A stretch of DNA of 64,000 nt, from the NCBI RefSeq assembly GCF_964213995.1, contig NC_135805.1:36766001-36830000 (forward strand), written 5' to 3'. The notes under the pieces are model-generated. The model made no database searches. It saw only the letters and a program-made list of their open reading frames with translations, and was not told the origin of the DNA. Source of the DNA: Mustelus asterias (lineage: Eukaryota). The translations under genes were made by a program, and so were the position numbers. Position 1 is the stretch's first letter; each line of letters starts with the position of its first letter. This document shows, in pieces, positions 37,830 to 49,760 of this stretch.

Positions 37830-38715
37830 GCCCTGTTTGCCTTTGGCTTCTTATACCAGTGCAATTCAGTTCAGCACAAGCTAAAGCCACAGGACTTAAC
37901 CCAGGATCAGGGGAACCCAACAAGGAGACTGCAGTTTGGTAAATCAGAGGCCCACATGTCCATGACAATATTGGTAAGAGTGACTAATGCACAGTCCTTG
38001 TGAAAGATCACACCTTCACACTCACTTCCTGGCACCCCAAAGCCTGTGCACCAGTTACAAGGCACAGTGAAGAGTGTCACGGAATACTCTCCACTTGCCT
38101 GGAAGAGTGCACCTCCAACAACACTCAGGAAGCTCAAAAGCTCAACACCATCAGGACAAAGTGGCCCATTTGATCAGCACCACGTCCACCACCGTACGCA
38201 TTCACTTGCTCCCTCCACCATGATACACAGTAGTAGTAGTGGGTACAATCTACAAGATGCATGTAGCAAGTTGCCAAGGCTCCTTGGACAGCACTTTCCA
38301 AACTTGTGACCTCTGTCACTTCTAAGAATAAGGGTATTATATGTCAAGGAACATTGCTACCTGAAAGTCCCCCTCCAAATTCCGTTCCTGACTTGGAACG
38401 ATGGCCTAAATCTTTCATCTTCATTCATGGCTTATACTTTCCTGGAGTGCTGAGAGTGAATGGAGTTTTGGTTGGAATGCCAAATTTCCGTTCTCATTTG
38501 CAACTTGTCCCACCATGGATGAGAATCCTACCCTGCATCTTTGTTATTTCACCGTCACTGTGTAAAATGTCGGAGCTTCCTTCCAAACTGCACTGTGGGT
38601 GCATCTGCACTGCAGAAACTGCAGCAGTTAAAGAAGGCAACTCTCCACCACCTTCTCAAGGGCAATTAGGAATCAACAATAAATGCTGACTCAGCCAGTG
38701 ATGCTCATATCCAAT
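37830..38715 (+). mobile_element. CR1/L2-group LINE 3' fragment (S2 tail donor)
   Basis: VKSVTEYSPLAWKSAPPTTLRKL; tail caagggcaattagg..aataaatgctg. Confidence 0.75.
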
Positions 38716-38924
38716 GGAGGGATTAGACAGAAGCAATGCCCCTTGCCAGGGATCCCCAGTTCCAGTATCTCATCATCAAGGGCACCTTCCAGCACTTTGT
38801 ACTTCAGCTGACAACTTAAAAAATCAACACTATTTCCAAGCTCGCAAAACATTCGCCGTCCCATTCAGGTCTATTCTTTCCATTCATTTTGGAGATAAAT
38901 ATAGTTCATTCAATTGTTTTTTTC

Positions 38925-39228
38925 TATTTATTAGTCACAAGTATGCTTACAGTAACACTGCAGTGAAGTTACTATGAAAATCCCTGAGTCGCCACACTCC
39001 GGCGCCTGTTCGGGTACACAGAGGGAGAATTTAGCACGGCCAATCCACCTAACCAGCACGACCTTTGGACTGTGGGAGGAAACCGGAACACCTGGAGGAA
39101 ACCCATGCAAAAATGGGGAGAATGTGCAGACTCCACACAGACTGTGCCCCAAGCCAGGAATTGAACCTGGGTCCCTGGCGCTGTGGGGAGCAGTGCCGTG
39201 AGACAACACTGTGCCACCATGCCACCCC
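38925..39228 (-). mobile_element. V-SINE with type 2 tail
   Basis: Reverse complement of the 33884-type copy. Confidence 0.88.
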
Positions 39229-39249
39229 AAAGTGTCAACCAAACACTAA

Positions 39250-39321
39250 AGGGGGCACTTGGATTTGAGCCAGCGACCTCTTGATCTGCAGTCAAATGCT
39301 CTACCACTGTGCTATAACCCC
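39250..39321 (-). pseudogene. tRNA-Cys(GCA) pseudogene
   Basis: GGGGTTATAGCACAGTGGTAGAGCATTTGACTGCAGATCAAGAGGTCGCTGGCTCAAATCCAAGTGCCCCCT, 72 nt; intact anticodon arm, mismatches in acceptor, D and T stems, B-box GTTC changed to GCTC. Confidence 0.88.
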
Positions 39322-39569
39322 TCACTTATATCCCATTTTTTATCCTATTTCATCCCATTGTCCTTCCAATACATCCATTCTTAACCTTGGTTTTGAAATT
39401 ACTTTAATCTAAGGCACTTTACCCCCTTTTCAAACCTTTTACACTCTGATTTGTGCTTGTCTGCGATACATATCAAGAACAGCGCTAGGATTTAATCAAA
39501 TTTGCCCTTTTGGCCAGACTTTTCAGATACTTTGATGGGTACAAGCAGGCACCTGAGCTGTCCCACCTA

Positions 39570-40250
39570 ATTTGATTTGATTTGATTTATTATTGTCACG
39601 TGTATTAACATACAGTGAAAAGTATTGTTTCTTGATGCTATACAGACAAAACATAACGTTCACAGAGAAGGAAACGAGAGAGTGCAGAATGTAGTGTTAC
39701 AGTCACAGCTCGGGTGTAGAGAATGATCAACTTAAAGCAAGGTAAGTCCATTCAAAAGTCTGACAGCAGCAGGGAAGAAGCTGTTCTTGAGTCGGTTGGT
39801 ACGTAACCTCAGACTTTTGTACCTTTTTCCCGAAGGAAGAAGGTGGAAGAGAGAATGTCCGGGGTGCGTGGGGTCCTTGATTATGCTGGCTGCTTTGCCG
39901 AGGCAGCAGGAAGTGTAGACAGAGTCAATGGATGGGAAGCTGGTTTGCGTGATGGATTGGGCTACATTCACGACCTTTTGTAGTTCCTTGCGGTCTTAGG
40001 CAGAGCAGGAGCCACACCAAGCTGTGATGCAACCAGAAAGAATACTTTCTATGGTGCATCTGTAAAAGTTGGTGAGAGTCGTAGCTGACATGCCAAATTT
40101 CCTTAGTCTTCTGAGAAAGTAGAGGTTTTAGTGGGCTTTCTTAATTATACTGTCGGCATGGGGAGACCAGGACAAGTTGTTGGTGATCTGGACACCTAAA
40201 AAGTTGAAGCTCTCGACCCTTTCTACTTTGTCCCCGTTGATGTAGACAGG
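39570..40250 (-). mobile_element. Rex1/Babar LINE 3' fragment
   Basis: IIKDPTHPGHSLFHLLPSGKRY..NRLKNSFFPAAVRLLN; (gattt)n tail. Confidence 0.92.
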
Positions 40251-40473
40251 TGTGTGGCTGTCCTCAATTGCAATTTCAAGGAACGCACAAACTATTTACT
40301 CCATGGACTTTGGGTTAGTCAGAAGTGTATTTGGGATGGGCACACCTCAGTACCCATATCTGAAAGAGCCCCGATTCATGGATTTTAAGGTCATGTTTTT
40401 ATTTGCTTCATTTTAACCTCATTTGAAATGGTAAGGCCAGTAATGACTCATAAAAATGGCTGAGATGAGATGT

Positions 40474-40775
40474 AGAATCATAGAATCCCTACAGCGTAGA
40501 AGAAAACTATTTGGCTCATCGAGCCTGCACTGACAACACTCCCACCCAGGCCTTACTGTAACCCCACACATTTATCCTACTCAGCCCCCTGACACTAAGG
40601 GAGAATTTAGCATGGCCAATCAACTTAACCTGCACATCTTTGGACTGTGGGAGGAAACCGGATGGAAACCCACACAGACACGGGGGAGAACACACAAGCT
40701 CCACACAGACAGTCACCCAAGGCCAGAATCAAACCCAGGTAACTGGCGTTGTGAGGCTGGACAATGTGCCACCCC
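40474..40775 (-). mobile_element. HE1 V-SINE
   Basis: tagaatca tail, V-domain, B-box. Confidence 0.85.
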
Positions 40776-41292
40776 GGACGAATGTGACAGGCAGGTGGGG
40801 GTAGATTTTTGTTATCACCATTTTTAATTGCAATGGCATGAAATTCAGATGTATTCTCTGAGCACCAGCTTACTGCCCAGAAGGTGTAAATGAAAACTGA
40901 ATGGAGATGTGTCGATTGGAAGATTGAATTAGATCACATACATACAATGTGGAAATGGAATTAATTACATCTGCAGCTGAATTGTATTTACTTTGATTTA
41001 ATTAGTTCCGCGATGAGCTGTGCCTCCCATTTTAACATTTCATTAGCATCATTTATCTTTTCACTGGCATCTTTATGGAAGGCAAGGCAGAAGATTTTAA
41101 AAATGTATGCAGCCACCAGCTAATCGTCAGTATTTTTCACCTTGTGTGTTAGGTAGTGTTGTGCGATTAACACATGAACAACTGCAAAAAGATCAATGCT
41201 TACTTATATCCATTCTTATTTGGCTTCCATATTTAGATGAGTGTCTTGCCATTGATTCCAGTGGACTAAAGCAAAGAAAGATCTTGCATTTA

Positions 41293-42355
41293 TATCTACT
41301 CTACATCGGAGAGACCAAACACAGACTGGGTGATCGCTTTGCTGAACATCTTCGATCTGTCCGCAAGCAGGACCCAGGCCTTCCTGTCGCTTGCCACTTC
41401 ACCACACCACCCTGCTCTCCTGTCCACATGTCCATCCTTTGCCTTTTGCAATGTTCTAGCGAACCCCAATGCAAACTAGAGGAACAGCATCTCATCTTCC
41501 GATTGGGCACTTTACAGCCTTCCAGACTGAACCTTGAGTTCAACAACTTTAGAGGGTGTGGTGAACCATCGTTGGTTCCCACTGTGGGATTGTTCTAATG
41601 TTGTTGTTGGGTTGTTCTAATGTTGTTGTTGGGCTAGGGTGGGATTGATACACCTGTGGTTGTAACTGTTGTGGCACATCCCAGTTGGGCTCCGCCTCCT
41701 GGGAGAGGTATAAGACCCCCTGCTCGGGCGGGACCCCTTCAGTCTGGGATAGTGTGTTAAAGTTCTGATAGTTCCATTGTTAGTTAATAAAAGCCTTCTT
41801 TTACCGAAGCTTTGTGCCTCGTGTCCAATTGATGCGCATCAGAGGGTGAACTCTCCCCTCCACCTCCACCCCATTCCCAATTATTTTATTTTATTTCATC
41901 TCATTCATCCATTTTATCATCTTTCTTTTTCACTTCTATTTTCTGACTTCTCCATTCCAGCTCTGCTTCTTTCCACATCCCCCCCTGCCCCCCTCCATCC
42001 CCCCCCTCCGCCCCCCCCCCCCCCCAAACACCCTTCATTGCAACCGCCATATTCCTCTGGCAGTTCTTTACCAGTCTACCTCTGTGCTGCCATTCTTGCA
42101 CATTCTGATCACTTAATGGACCCTCTTAACACCTTCTCAGCCTTCTGTATTCTCATTTATATTACCTTTGTCCAATTCCATCCCCCCCCCCCCCCCCCCC
42201 CACCCCCCCTCCACCCCAGTAGTATAAATCTCTGCTGATTCTCATGCTCTTAGTTCTGGCGAAGGGTCATCTGGACTCAAAACTTTGGCTCTACTCTCTC
42301 CCCACAGATGCTGTCAGACCTGCTGAGATTTTCCAATATTTTCTGTTTTTGTTGT
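41293..42355 (+). mobile_element. Penelope-like family B element: GIY-YIG C-terminus, 3' UTR, degenerate hammerhead; interrupted by an LTR
   Basis: LYIGETKHRLGDRFAEH..PVACHF..KLEEQHLIFRLGTLQPSRLNLEF; ctggcgaagggtcatctggactcaaaact at about 42256; TSD atttatatc. Confidence 0.9.
41557..41841 (+). mobile_element. Solo LTR, 285 bp
   Basis: TG..CA; TSD gaggg at 41552-41556 and 41842-41846; near-identical to 27643-27927. Confidence 0.93.
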
Positions 42356-42674
42356 ATTTATATCATGCCTTTCATGACCTTAGCACTCTGTAACCCATAA
42401 AGTACACCTTGAAATACTCATGCAATTGACACAATTGTGTGCATAGAATGATACCAACATACTAAAAACAAAGATGGCACTGGAGTGAAGCGACTTCTTG
42501 AGTGAGATGAAAACAATGTTTCACATTTGCCAGTAGTAAGTGTTTCATTTATGCAGCTGAAAAACATGCTTGGTATTTTAAAATGCTTGCCGTTAATACA
42601 TGTAACAAGGTTTCCCCCCCTAAATTATGTGTAGCTATTTCTAACTCCAGAAATTGAAGTGATCATCGGTATTT

Positions 42675-42776
42675 GTTAGCTCTGACAAAGGGTTATCTGG
42701 ACTCGAAACGTCAACTCTTTTCTCTCCTTACAGGCGCTGCCAGACCTGCTGAGATTTTCCAGCGTTTTCTCTTTTG
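42675..42776 (+). mobile_element. Penelope-like family B terminal insertion with mutated hammerhead
   Basis: agctCTGACAAagggttatctggactcGAAAcgtc (G8 changed to A); TSD ggtattt. Confidence 0.8.
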
Positions 42777-42926
42777 GTATTTTTCACCTTGGGTGTTCGG
42801 TTGTGTTGTGTGATTAACACATGAACAACTGCAAAAAGGTCGAGCTGTCCACAGCATACCCTCTAATTCCATCTTTTTCTCTCATTCTATGCTCTTAAAA
42901 CTTAATTCTAACTTCTTCAAACTGTC

Positions 42927-43263
42927 TAGAAATCATAGAAACCCTACAGTGCAAAAGGAGGCCATTCAGCCCATCAAGTCTGCATCGACAACAATCCCAC
43001 CCACACCCTACCCCCATAATCATCCCTATTTACCCCACTAATCCCTCTCACCGGTGCATCCCGAGACACTAAGGGGTAATTTAACATGGTCAATACACCT
43101 AATTCATGCATTTTTGGACTGTGGGAGGAAACCGGAGCACCCCCACGCAGGCACTGGGAGAATGTGCAAGCTCCACACAGACAGTGACCCAAGCCGGGAA
43201 TCGAACTCAGGGCCCTGGAGCTGTGAGACAGCAGTGCTAACCACTGTGCCACCGTGCCGCCCA
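42927..43263 (-). mobile_element. HE1 V-SINE (followed by a Rex1 tail at 43270-43412, +)
   Basis: Full head, V-domain, HER1 tail. Confidence 0.9.
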
Positions 43264-43902
43264 TAATCTAATTATGTCACTACTATATTCTGCACCCTCT
43301 CCATTCCTTCTCATTTATGTACTCTATGAACGGTGTGTTTTGTCTGTACAGCTTATAGGAAACAATACTTTTCACTGTATCCCAATACGTGACAATAATA
43401 AATCAAATCAAATGAAAAAAGTACAGCAGAGTAGACCATCTGGAATTATTACGTCCACATACGTGAGGGAAGACAGAAAAGCATCTGAGAAAGATCTGTA
43501 AATGCAGTGCCTGAAAGCGTTCTATTGTCTATGTAACCAACCGTTAGACATACTTCACAGAAAGCGATGAAACATTTTCAGACTTGTGGTAGATAATTTT
43601 CTTCAGTGAGAATAAAATATTTAAATTAAAAGCCCCTTGGACAGTTTCTGGCATTCTTCCTCATATGTCGCATATAACTTGTTTCAAATGGTTGACTAAA
43701 GAAGCTGTGGGTTTTTGAATATTTTCTTTCAGAGAGGCACAGCAAAATGCTGCTTGCCTGAATATTGTCAGAAAATATTTAAACAAAGACCAAATAAAAA
43801 CTCTCTGAAAACATTTCCCAGGCACCATTAATGATATATTTTAAAGAAACATTTTTTTGTTCTGTGTGATATCCTCTTCAATTTCTGAAGTAGATAAAGC
43901 TG

Positions 43903-45208
43903 TTTTGATTTGATTTATTGTTGTCACATGTATTGGGATACAGTGAAAAGTATTGTTTCTTGCGTGCTATATAGACAAAGAATACCGTTCATAGAGTACA
44001 TAGGGAAGAAGGAAAGGAGAGAGTGCAGAATATCGTGTTACAGTCATAGCTATGGTGTAGATAAAGATTAGCTTAATGTAAGGTAGGTCCATTCATAAAT
44101 CTGATAGCAGCAGGGAAGAAGCTGTTCTTGAGTCGGTTGGTACGTGTCCTCAGACTTTTGTATCTTTTTCCTGGTGAAAGAAGGTGAAAGAGAGAATGTC
44201 TGGGGTGCGTGGGGTCCTTAATTATGTTGGCTGCTTTTCCAAGGCAGCAGGAAGTGTAGACAGAGTCAATGGATGGGAGGCTGGTTTGCCTGATGGACTG
44301 AGCTTTGTTCACAACCCTTTGTAGTTTCTTGTGGTCTTAGTCAGAGCAGGAGCCATACCAAGCTGTGATACAACCAGAAAGGATGCTTTCCATGGTGCAT
44401 ATGTAAAATTTGGTGAGGGTTGTTGCAGACATGCCAGATTTCCTTAGCCTCCTGAGAAAGTAGAGATGTTGTTGGGCTTTCTTAACTATAGCATCAGCAC
44501 AGGGGGACCAGGACAGGTTTTTTTGTGATCTGAACACCTAGAAACTTGAAGCTCTTGACCACTTCATCAACATTGATGTAGACACAGGCATATCCTCCAC
44601 TATGCTTTCTGATGTTGATAACTATCTTCTTCATTTTGTTGACATTGAGGGAGAGATTATTGTCGTTGCACCAGTTCATCTGATACTCTACCTCATTCCT
44701 GTACTCTGTCTCAACATTGTTTGAGATCCGACCCACTACAGCGATGTCGTTAGCAAACTTGAAAATTTAGTTGGAGGATAATTTGGCCACATCATCATAA
44801 GTGTATAAAGAATATAGTAGGGGGCTGGGGGCACTGTCTTGTGGGGCACCGGTGTTGAGGATGATCGTGGAGGAGTTGTCGTTGCCTATCCTTATTGATT
44901 GCTATCTGTGCATTAGGAAGTCTCGGATCCAGTAACAGAATGAAGAGCTGAGCCCTAGGCCACGGAGTTTGCAGATGAGTTTTGTTGGGATAATGATGTT
45001 GAAGGTTGAAGGTCAGAAATTGGAGTCTGGCATAAGTATCCTTGCTATCCAGGTGTTCTAGTGGATCCAGGCAATCTGGGATACTGGAGTTGATGCATGC
45101 CAGGACTAATCTTTTGAAGCACTTCATAACGGTTGATGTCAGAGCCACCGGGCGGTCATCATTAAGGCACGCTGCCTTGCTTTTCTTCAGTACAGGGATG
45201 ATGGTCAT
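43903..45208 (-). mobile_element. Rex1/Babar LINE RT fragment
   Basis: [38 protein letters not shown]; TSD-like aaagct. Confidence 0.92.
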
Positions 45209-45439
45209 ACACAAAGCTCCACAAAGCTTAGGAGAAAAAAAAGCACCAAGTAAAATATTTAATCTTATTACATGTAACAACTGCAAGCACTTTAAAATAC
45301 CGAGCAGAATTTTCAGCTGCATAAATGAAACACTTACTATTGGTAAATGTGGAACATTATTTTCATCCCACTCAACTAATTGTGAGTTGTTACATTTTAT
45401 AAAAAATTTGATCAAAACTTCAGCTCATCCGGAACACTG

Positions 45440-45865
45440 CGATGAGGGACCTAATTCACATCAAATCCCCATGTGCACATCAACCCAATTTGGCTTTCAA
45501 TCCAGCCACCCTTCAACATTGCATTCTTGTGTTTGAATGTCATCAAGATCTTGACCATCATTAATTCTGTCACTTCCTCCAGCCTTGTCCTCTGCCTTCC
45601 TCCATTTGTGATCTCTTTTGCATCCCTGATTTCCTTCCATCATTGCCTTCAGTTGGTAACACCATATGTTCTTGAATTGCTTCCCCGAATCTCTCTGTCT
45701 CTCTTTCTTCCGACTCCTTCAAACCTACCTCTTGTACCAGTCTTTTTTTCACCTGTTCAAGTATCTCCTCATATGGTTCAGTGACATATTTCTTTTCTAA
45801 ATGCTCCTGTGTGCCTTGGGATATTTTATTATGTTCAAAGTGCTTTATAAATGTGAGTTGCTGCT
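45440..45865 (+). mobile_element. Degraded L2-like 3' end
   Basis: Tail gccttgggatattttattatgttcaaagtgctttataaatg. Confidence 0.5.
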
Positions 45866-45912
45866 GATGTCAAGTCCCGCTCCAAAGACTTGAGAGCATG
45901 AACTAGGCTGAA

Positions 45913-46831
45913 CTAATCAGCAAGTTTGCGGATGACACGAAGATGGCTGGACTTGTGGATAGCGAAGAACATTGTCGGACAATACAGCAGGATATGGATA
46001 GGCTGGAAAATTGGACGGAGAAATGGCAGATGGAATTTAATCCAGATAAATGCGAAGTGATGCATTTTGGAAGAACTAATGTAGGGGGGAGTTATACAAT
46101 AAATGGCAGAGCCATCAAGAGTATAGAAACACAGAGGGACCTAGCTGTGTAAGTCCACAAATCCTTGAAGGTGGCAGTACAGGTGGAGAAGGTGGTGAAG
46201 AAGGCATCTGGTATGCTTGCCTTTATAGGACGGGGTATAGAGTATAAAAGCTGGAGTCTGATGTTGCAGCTGTATAGAACGCTGGTTAGGCCACATTTGG
46301 AGTACTGCATCCAGTTCTGTTCGCCGCACTACCAGAAGGATATGGAGGCTTTAGAGAGAGTGCAGAGAAGGTTTACCAGGATGTTGCCTGGTATGGAGGA
46401 TCTTAGCTATGAGGAGAGATTGGGTAAACTGGGCTTGTTCTCCCTGGAAAGACGGAGAATGAGGGGAGACCTAATAGAGGTGTACAAAATTATGAAGGGT
46501 ATAGATAGGGTGAACAGTGGGAAGCTTTTTCCCAGGTCGGAGGTGATGATCACGAGGGGTCACGGGCTCAAGGTGAGAGGGGCGAGGTATAACTCAGATA
46601 TCAGAGGGACGTTTTTTACACAGAGAGTGGTGGGAGCCTGGAATGCGCTGCCAAGTAGGGTGGTGGAGGCAGACACGCTGGCATCGTTTAAGACTTACCT
46701 GGATAGTCACATGAGCAGTCTGGGAATGGAGGGATACAAACGAATGGTCTCGTTGGACCAATGAGCGGCACAGGCTTGGAGGGCCGAAGGGCCTGTTTCC
46801 TGTGCTGTACTGTTCTTTGTTCTTTGTTCTT
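45913..46831 (+). mobile_element. Young CR1 LINE 3' fragment
   Basis: KFADDTK; ORF 46165..46764 of 199 aa; (tgttctt)n tail. Confidence 0.93.
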
Positions 46832-46840
46832 TGACACTCC

Positions 46841-46952
46841 AACCTGTTGGACTTTAACCTGGTGTTGATAGACTTCTTACTGTGTTTATCCCAGTCCAAC
46901 GCCACTTCTTACTGTGTTTACCCCAGTCCAACGCCGGCATCTCCACATCATG
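46841..46952 (+). mobile_element. Penelope-like family A tail fragment with 32-bp tandem duplication
   Basis: acttcttactgtgttta.cccagtccaacgcc occurs twice. Confidence 0.8.
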
Positions 46953-47643
46953 ATTCCATTATTGTACCAAGGGAGTGCTGCACTGCCAGAGTCTTCTGGA
47001 TATGATGATTAAATTTAAGCTAATTCCTTCTATTCTGGTAGCTGATGAGGGTGAAAAAGCTTTCTTGATGCTATTCAAGGAAAAACACAGGATGCTTGCC
47101 AATATTCATCTCTTAACAAACTGCAATAAAACAATTAAGTGCTCATTCACCTCACTGCTGCTTGCATCCTCTTTGCCGTGCCCAAAATAACTGCTTTCTA
47201 CCCAACAATCAATGCCCTTCAAAGTAGTTAATTGTTTGCAAAACACTTCGGGACATCCTGCGGGTTGTAAGGAGATGCGATGTGAACGTGAGCTTTTTGT
47301 GTGTCTGAGTGTGTCACATTTACTTCAGGTAACAAGCACTTTGTTGATTGGGCAGAATAGAATTTGACTTATTCAGTTGCAGTAAATCATGACCTCTGTA
47401 ACCTGCTCGAGAGATCAGTGACTGAGACCCTTTCTGTTAAACAGTGTGTGACACCCATATTGCTACAAAACAGTGCATCAATTACTTGAAACGTTAACCC
47501 TTCTTTATTCTCTCCACAGATAATGCCTAACCTGGTGAGTTTTTGCAGCATTTTCTGTTTTTGTTATACACCAAATATTCCTGGAGAACTGCTATTTTAT
47601 AAGAAATGCATTAAAATAGCAGATAACAGAATTTCATACATTA

Positions 47644-47771
47644 AGGCCGGAATTCTCTGACCTCACCCATGGCTGGGATTTTCCGGTCCTGCTACAATGA
47701 ATGGAAATTTGGCTGAGCACCAAATTCTCCTTTCTTGTTGGCAGCGGTAGCAGGCTGGAGAATTCCGGCCT
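47644..47771. mobile_element. MITE with perfect 14-bp TIR (Harbinger-like)
   Basis: aggccggaattctc / gagaattccggcct. Confidence 0.8.
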
Positions 47772-48419
47772 GAACATTTGTCTGTTATTTTTACAATGCA
47801 TTATTTAATGTAGTGGTATTTGGACAAATGTCATTTAAGGTTACATAGAGACAACATAAACCATTCGACAATAAAACAAAGCAGTGGATGCAGGAAATCT
47901 TAAATACAAAATTTCTGGAAATATTCAGAAAGTCTGTCAGCATCTGTGGAGGGAAAAACAGTTAGCCTTTCAGGTCAACAAACTTTCTTCGAACCATTCT
48001 ATTTTTATCAACAATAGTGCATTGGCCATGCTAAATTCTCCCTCAGTGTACCCGAACAGGCGCAGGAGTTTGACGACTCAAGGATTTTCACAGTAACTTC
48101 ATTGCAGTGTTAATGTAAGCCTACTTGTGACACTAATAAATAAACTTCAAACTTAATTGAATAAATCAATCACGTTAGTCAAATGTAAAATTTAACAAAG
48201 AATTCCTGCAGTGCAGAAGGATGTGATTCGGCCCATCGAGTCTGTACCGACTCTCTGGCAGAGTACCTTACTCAGGTCCTCTCCCCCACCCTATTTTCAC
48301 AGTGACTTCATTGCAGTGTTAATGTAAGCCTACTTGTGACTAATGAATAAACTTTAATGTTATCCTGTAACCCCTCGCATTTACAATGGCCAATCCATCT
48401 AACCTACACATCTTTGGAG

Positions 48420-49760
48420 CATGCCAGCTACCATTTTATGATCCATTCTTCTCCCAGTGGCAATTAATTTTTGTCTTGGATCACTGTCTCTAAAATATTC
48501 CCCATCACCAACATTAGGTTGACTGGCCATTAGTCGCTGGGTTTAACTCTCTCCCATTTTTTGAACAAGAGGCATGGTATTTGCAATCTCCCCTCAGCAA
48601 CCTAGGACATAACATATCTAGACCAGGCAGCTTTTGCAGTTTGAGAACTGCTATCCTTTTAAGTTCTCTCTCTCCACCTATTTTATCCTATTCAATTTCT
48701 CCACTATCTCCTTCTTTGCTATAAAAATTGATAGCATGCTCTTCAGTGAAGACAGAAACAAAGTACGCCTTTAGTAACTCTGCCTCCATGAGATGGCCTT
48801 TTTGGTTTTTAATGAACTCTATCATTCCTTTGACTGCCTTATTACTATTTATTGTTTATAAATGACTTCTAGCTTCTCTTTTATGTTAGCTGTTAATCTG
48901 TTCTTGTACACTCTCTTTTCTTCTCTTATTTCCTGTGTAGATTCCCCATGTACTTCTGCATTCATTTTGATCCTCTCCTGCATTATGAATCTTTTGAATG
49001 GACCAACCATAAGACCATAAGATATAGGAGCAGAATTAGGCCATTTGGCCCATTGAGTCTGCTCTGCCATCAATCATGGCTGATATGATTCTCATCCCTA
49101 TATTCTCCTTCCTTCTCCTCGTAGCCCTTGATCCTCATATTGATCAAGAGGTTCTATCTCTGTCTTAAAGGCACTCAATGACCTGGCCTCCACAGCCATA
49201 TATTAAGCTGATCTTTCTCTGTACCCTAGCTATGACTGTAACACAATATCCTGCACCCTCTCCTTTCCTTCTCCCTGATGTACTTTATGAATGGTATGTT
49301 TTGTCTGTAGAGCGTGCAAGAAAAAATACTTTTCACCTTATGTCAATACATGTAACAATAATAAATCAAATCAAATCACTCATTTATTTTTTTTGATTCC
49401 AATACATTTGGGCCAGAACACTTTTTAACTCACTCTAATTAGCCCCTTTCCTGTTGAATATTTTCACGTTTGATTGTTCTTCATTCTATTCCATATCTAC
49501 TTTAAACCAAATAATATTGTGATCACTGTTTCCCAAATGCTGCTTCACTGAAACATGTGCCAATTAGAAACATAGAAACATAGATAAACTACAGCACAAA
49601 GCAGGCCCTTCGGCCCCACAAGTTGTGCCGAACATATCGCTACCTTCTAGGCCTACCTATAACCCTCCATCCTATTAAGTCCCATGTACTCATCCAGGAG
49701 TCTCTTAAAAGACCCTATTGAGTTTGCCTCCACCACCACTGACGGCAGCCGATTCCACTC
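48420..49760 (-). mobile_element. Old CR1 remnant with nested CR1 tails (49005-49198, 49566-49761) and a Rex1 tail (49200-49378, +)
   Basis: Degraded ORF2 tether motifs; (cataaga)n, (atagaaac)n and (aaatc)n tails. Confidence 0.7.

Larger units (their letters stand above)
45866..47296 (+). mobile_element. DeuSINE split by CR1 and PLE insertions
   Basis: tcaagtcccgctccaaagacttgag..taggctga | tgacactcca | gggagtgctgcactg.. Confidence 0.7.

Noticed and set aside
27643-41841. One 14-kb element bounded by long inverted repeats or paired LTRs
   Set aside because: Each copy has its own distinct 5-bp TSD, the orientation is inverted, and the interior has no gag, pol or transposase
46165-46764. Functional protein gene (199 aa; likewise 26612..27124 and 517..1038)
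   Set aside because: 5'-truncated LINE ORF2 C-termini with upstream stops or frameshifts
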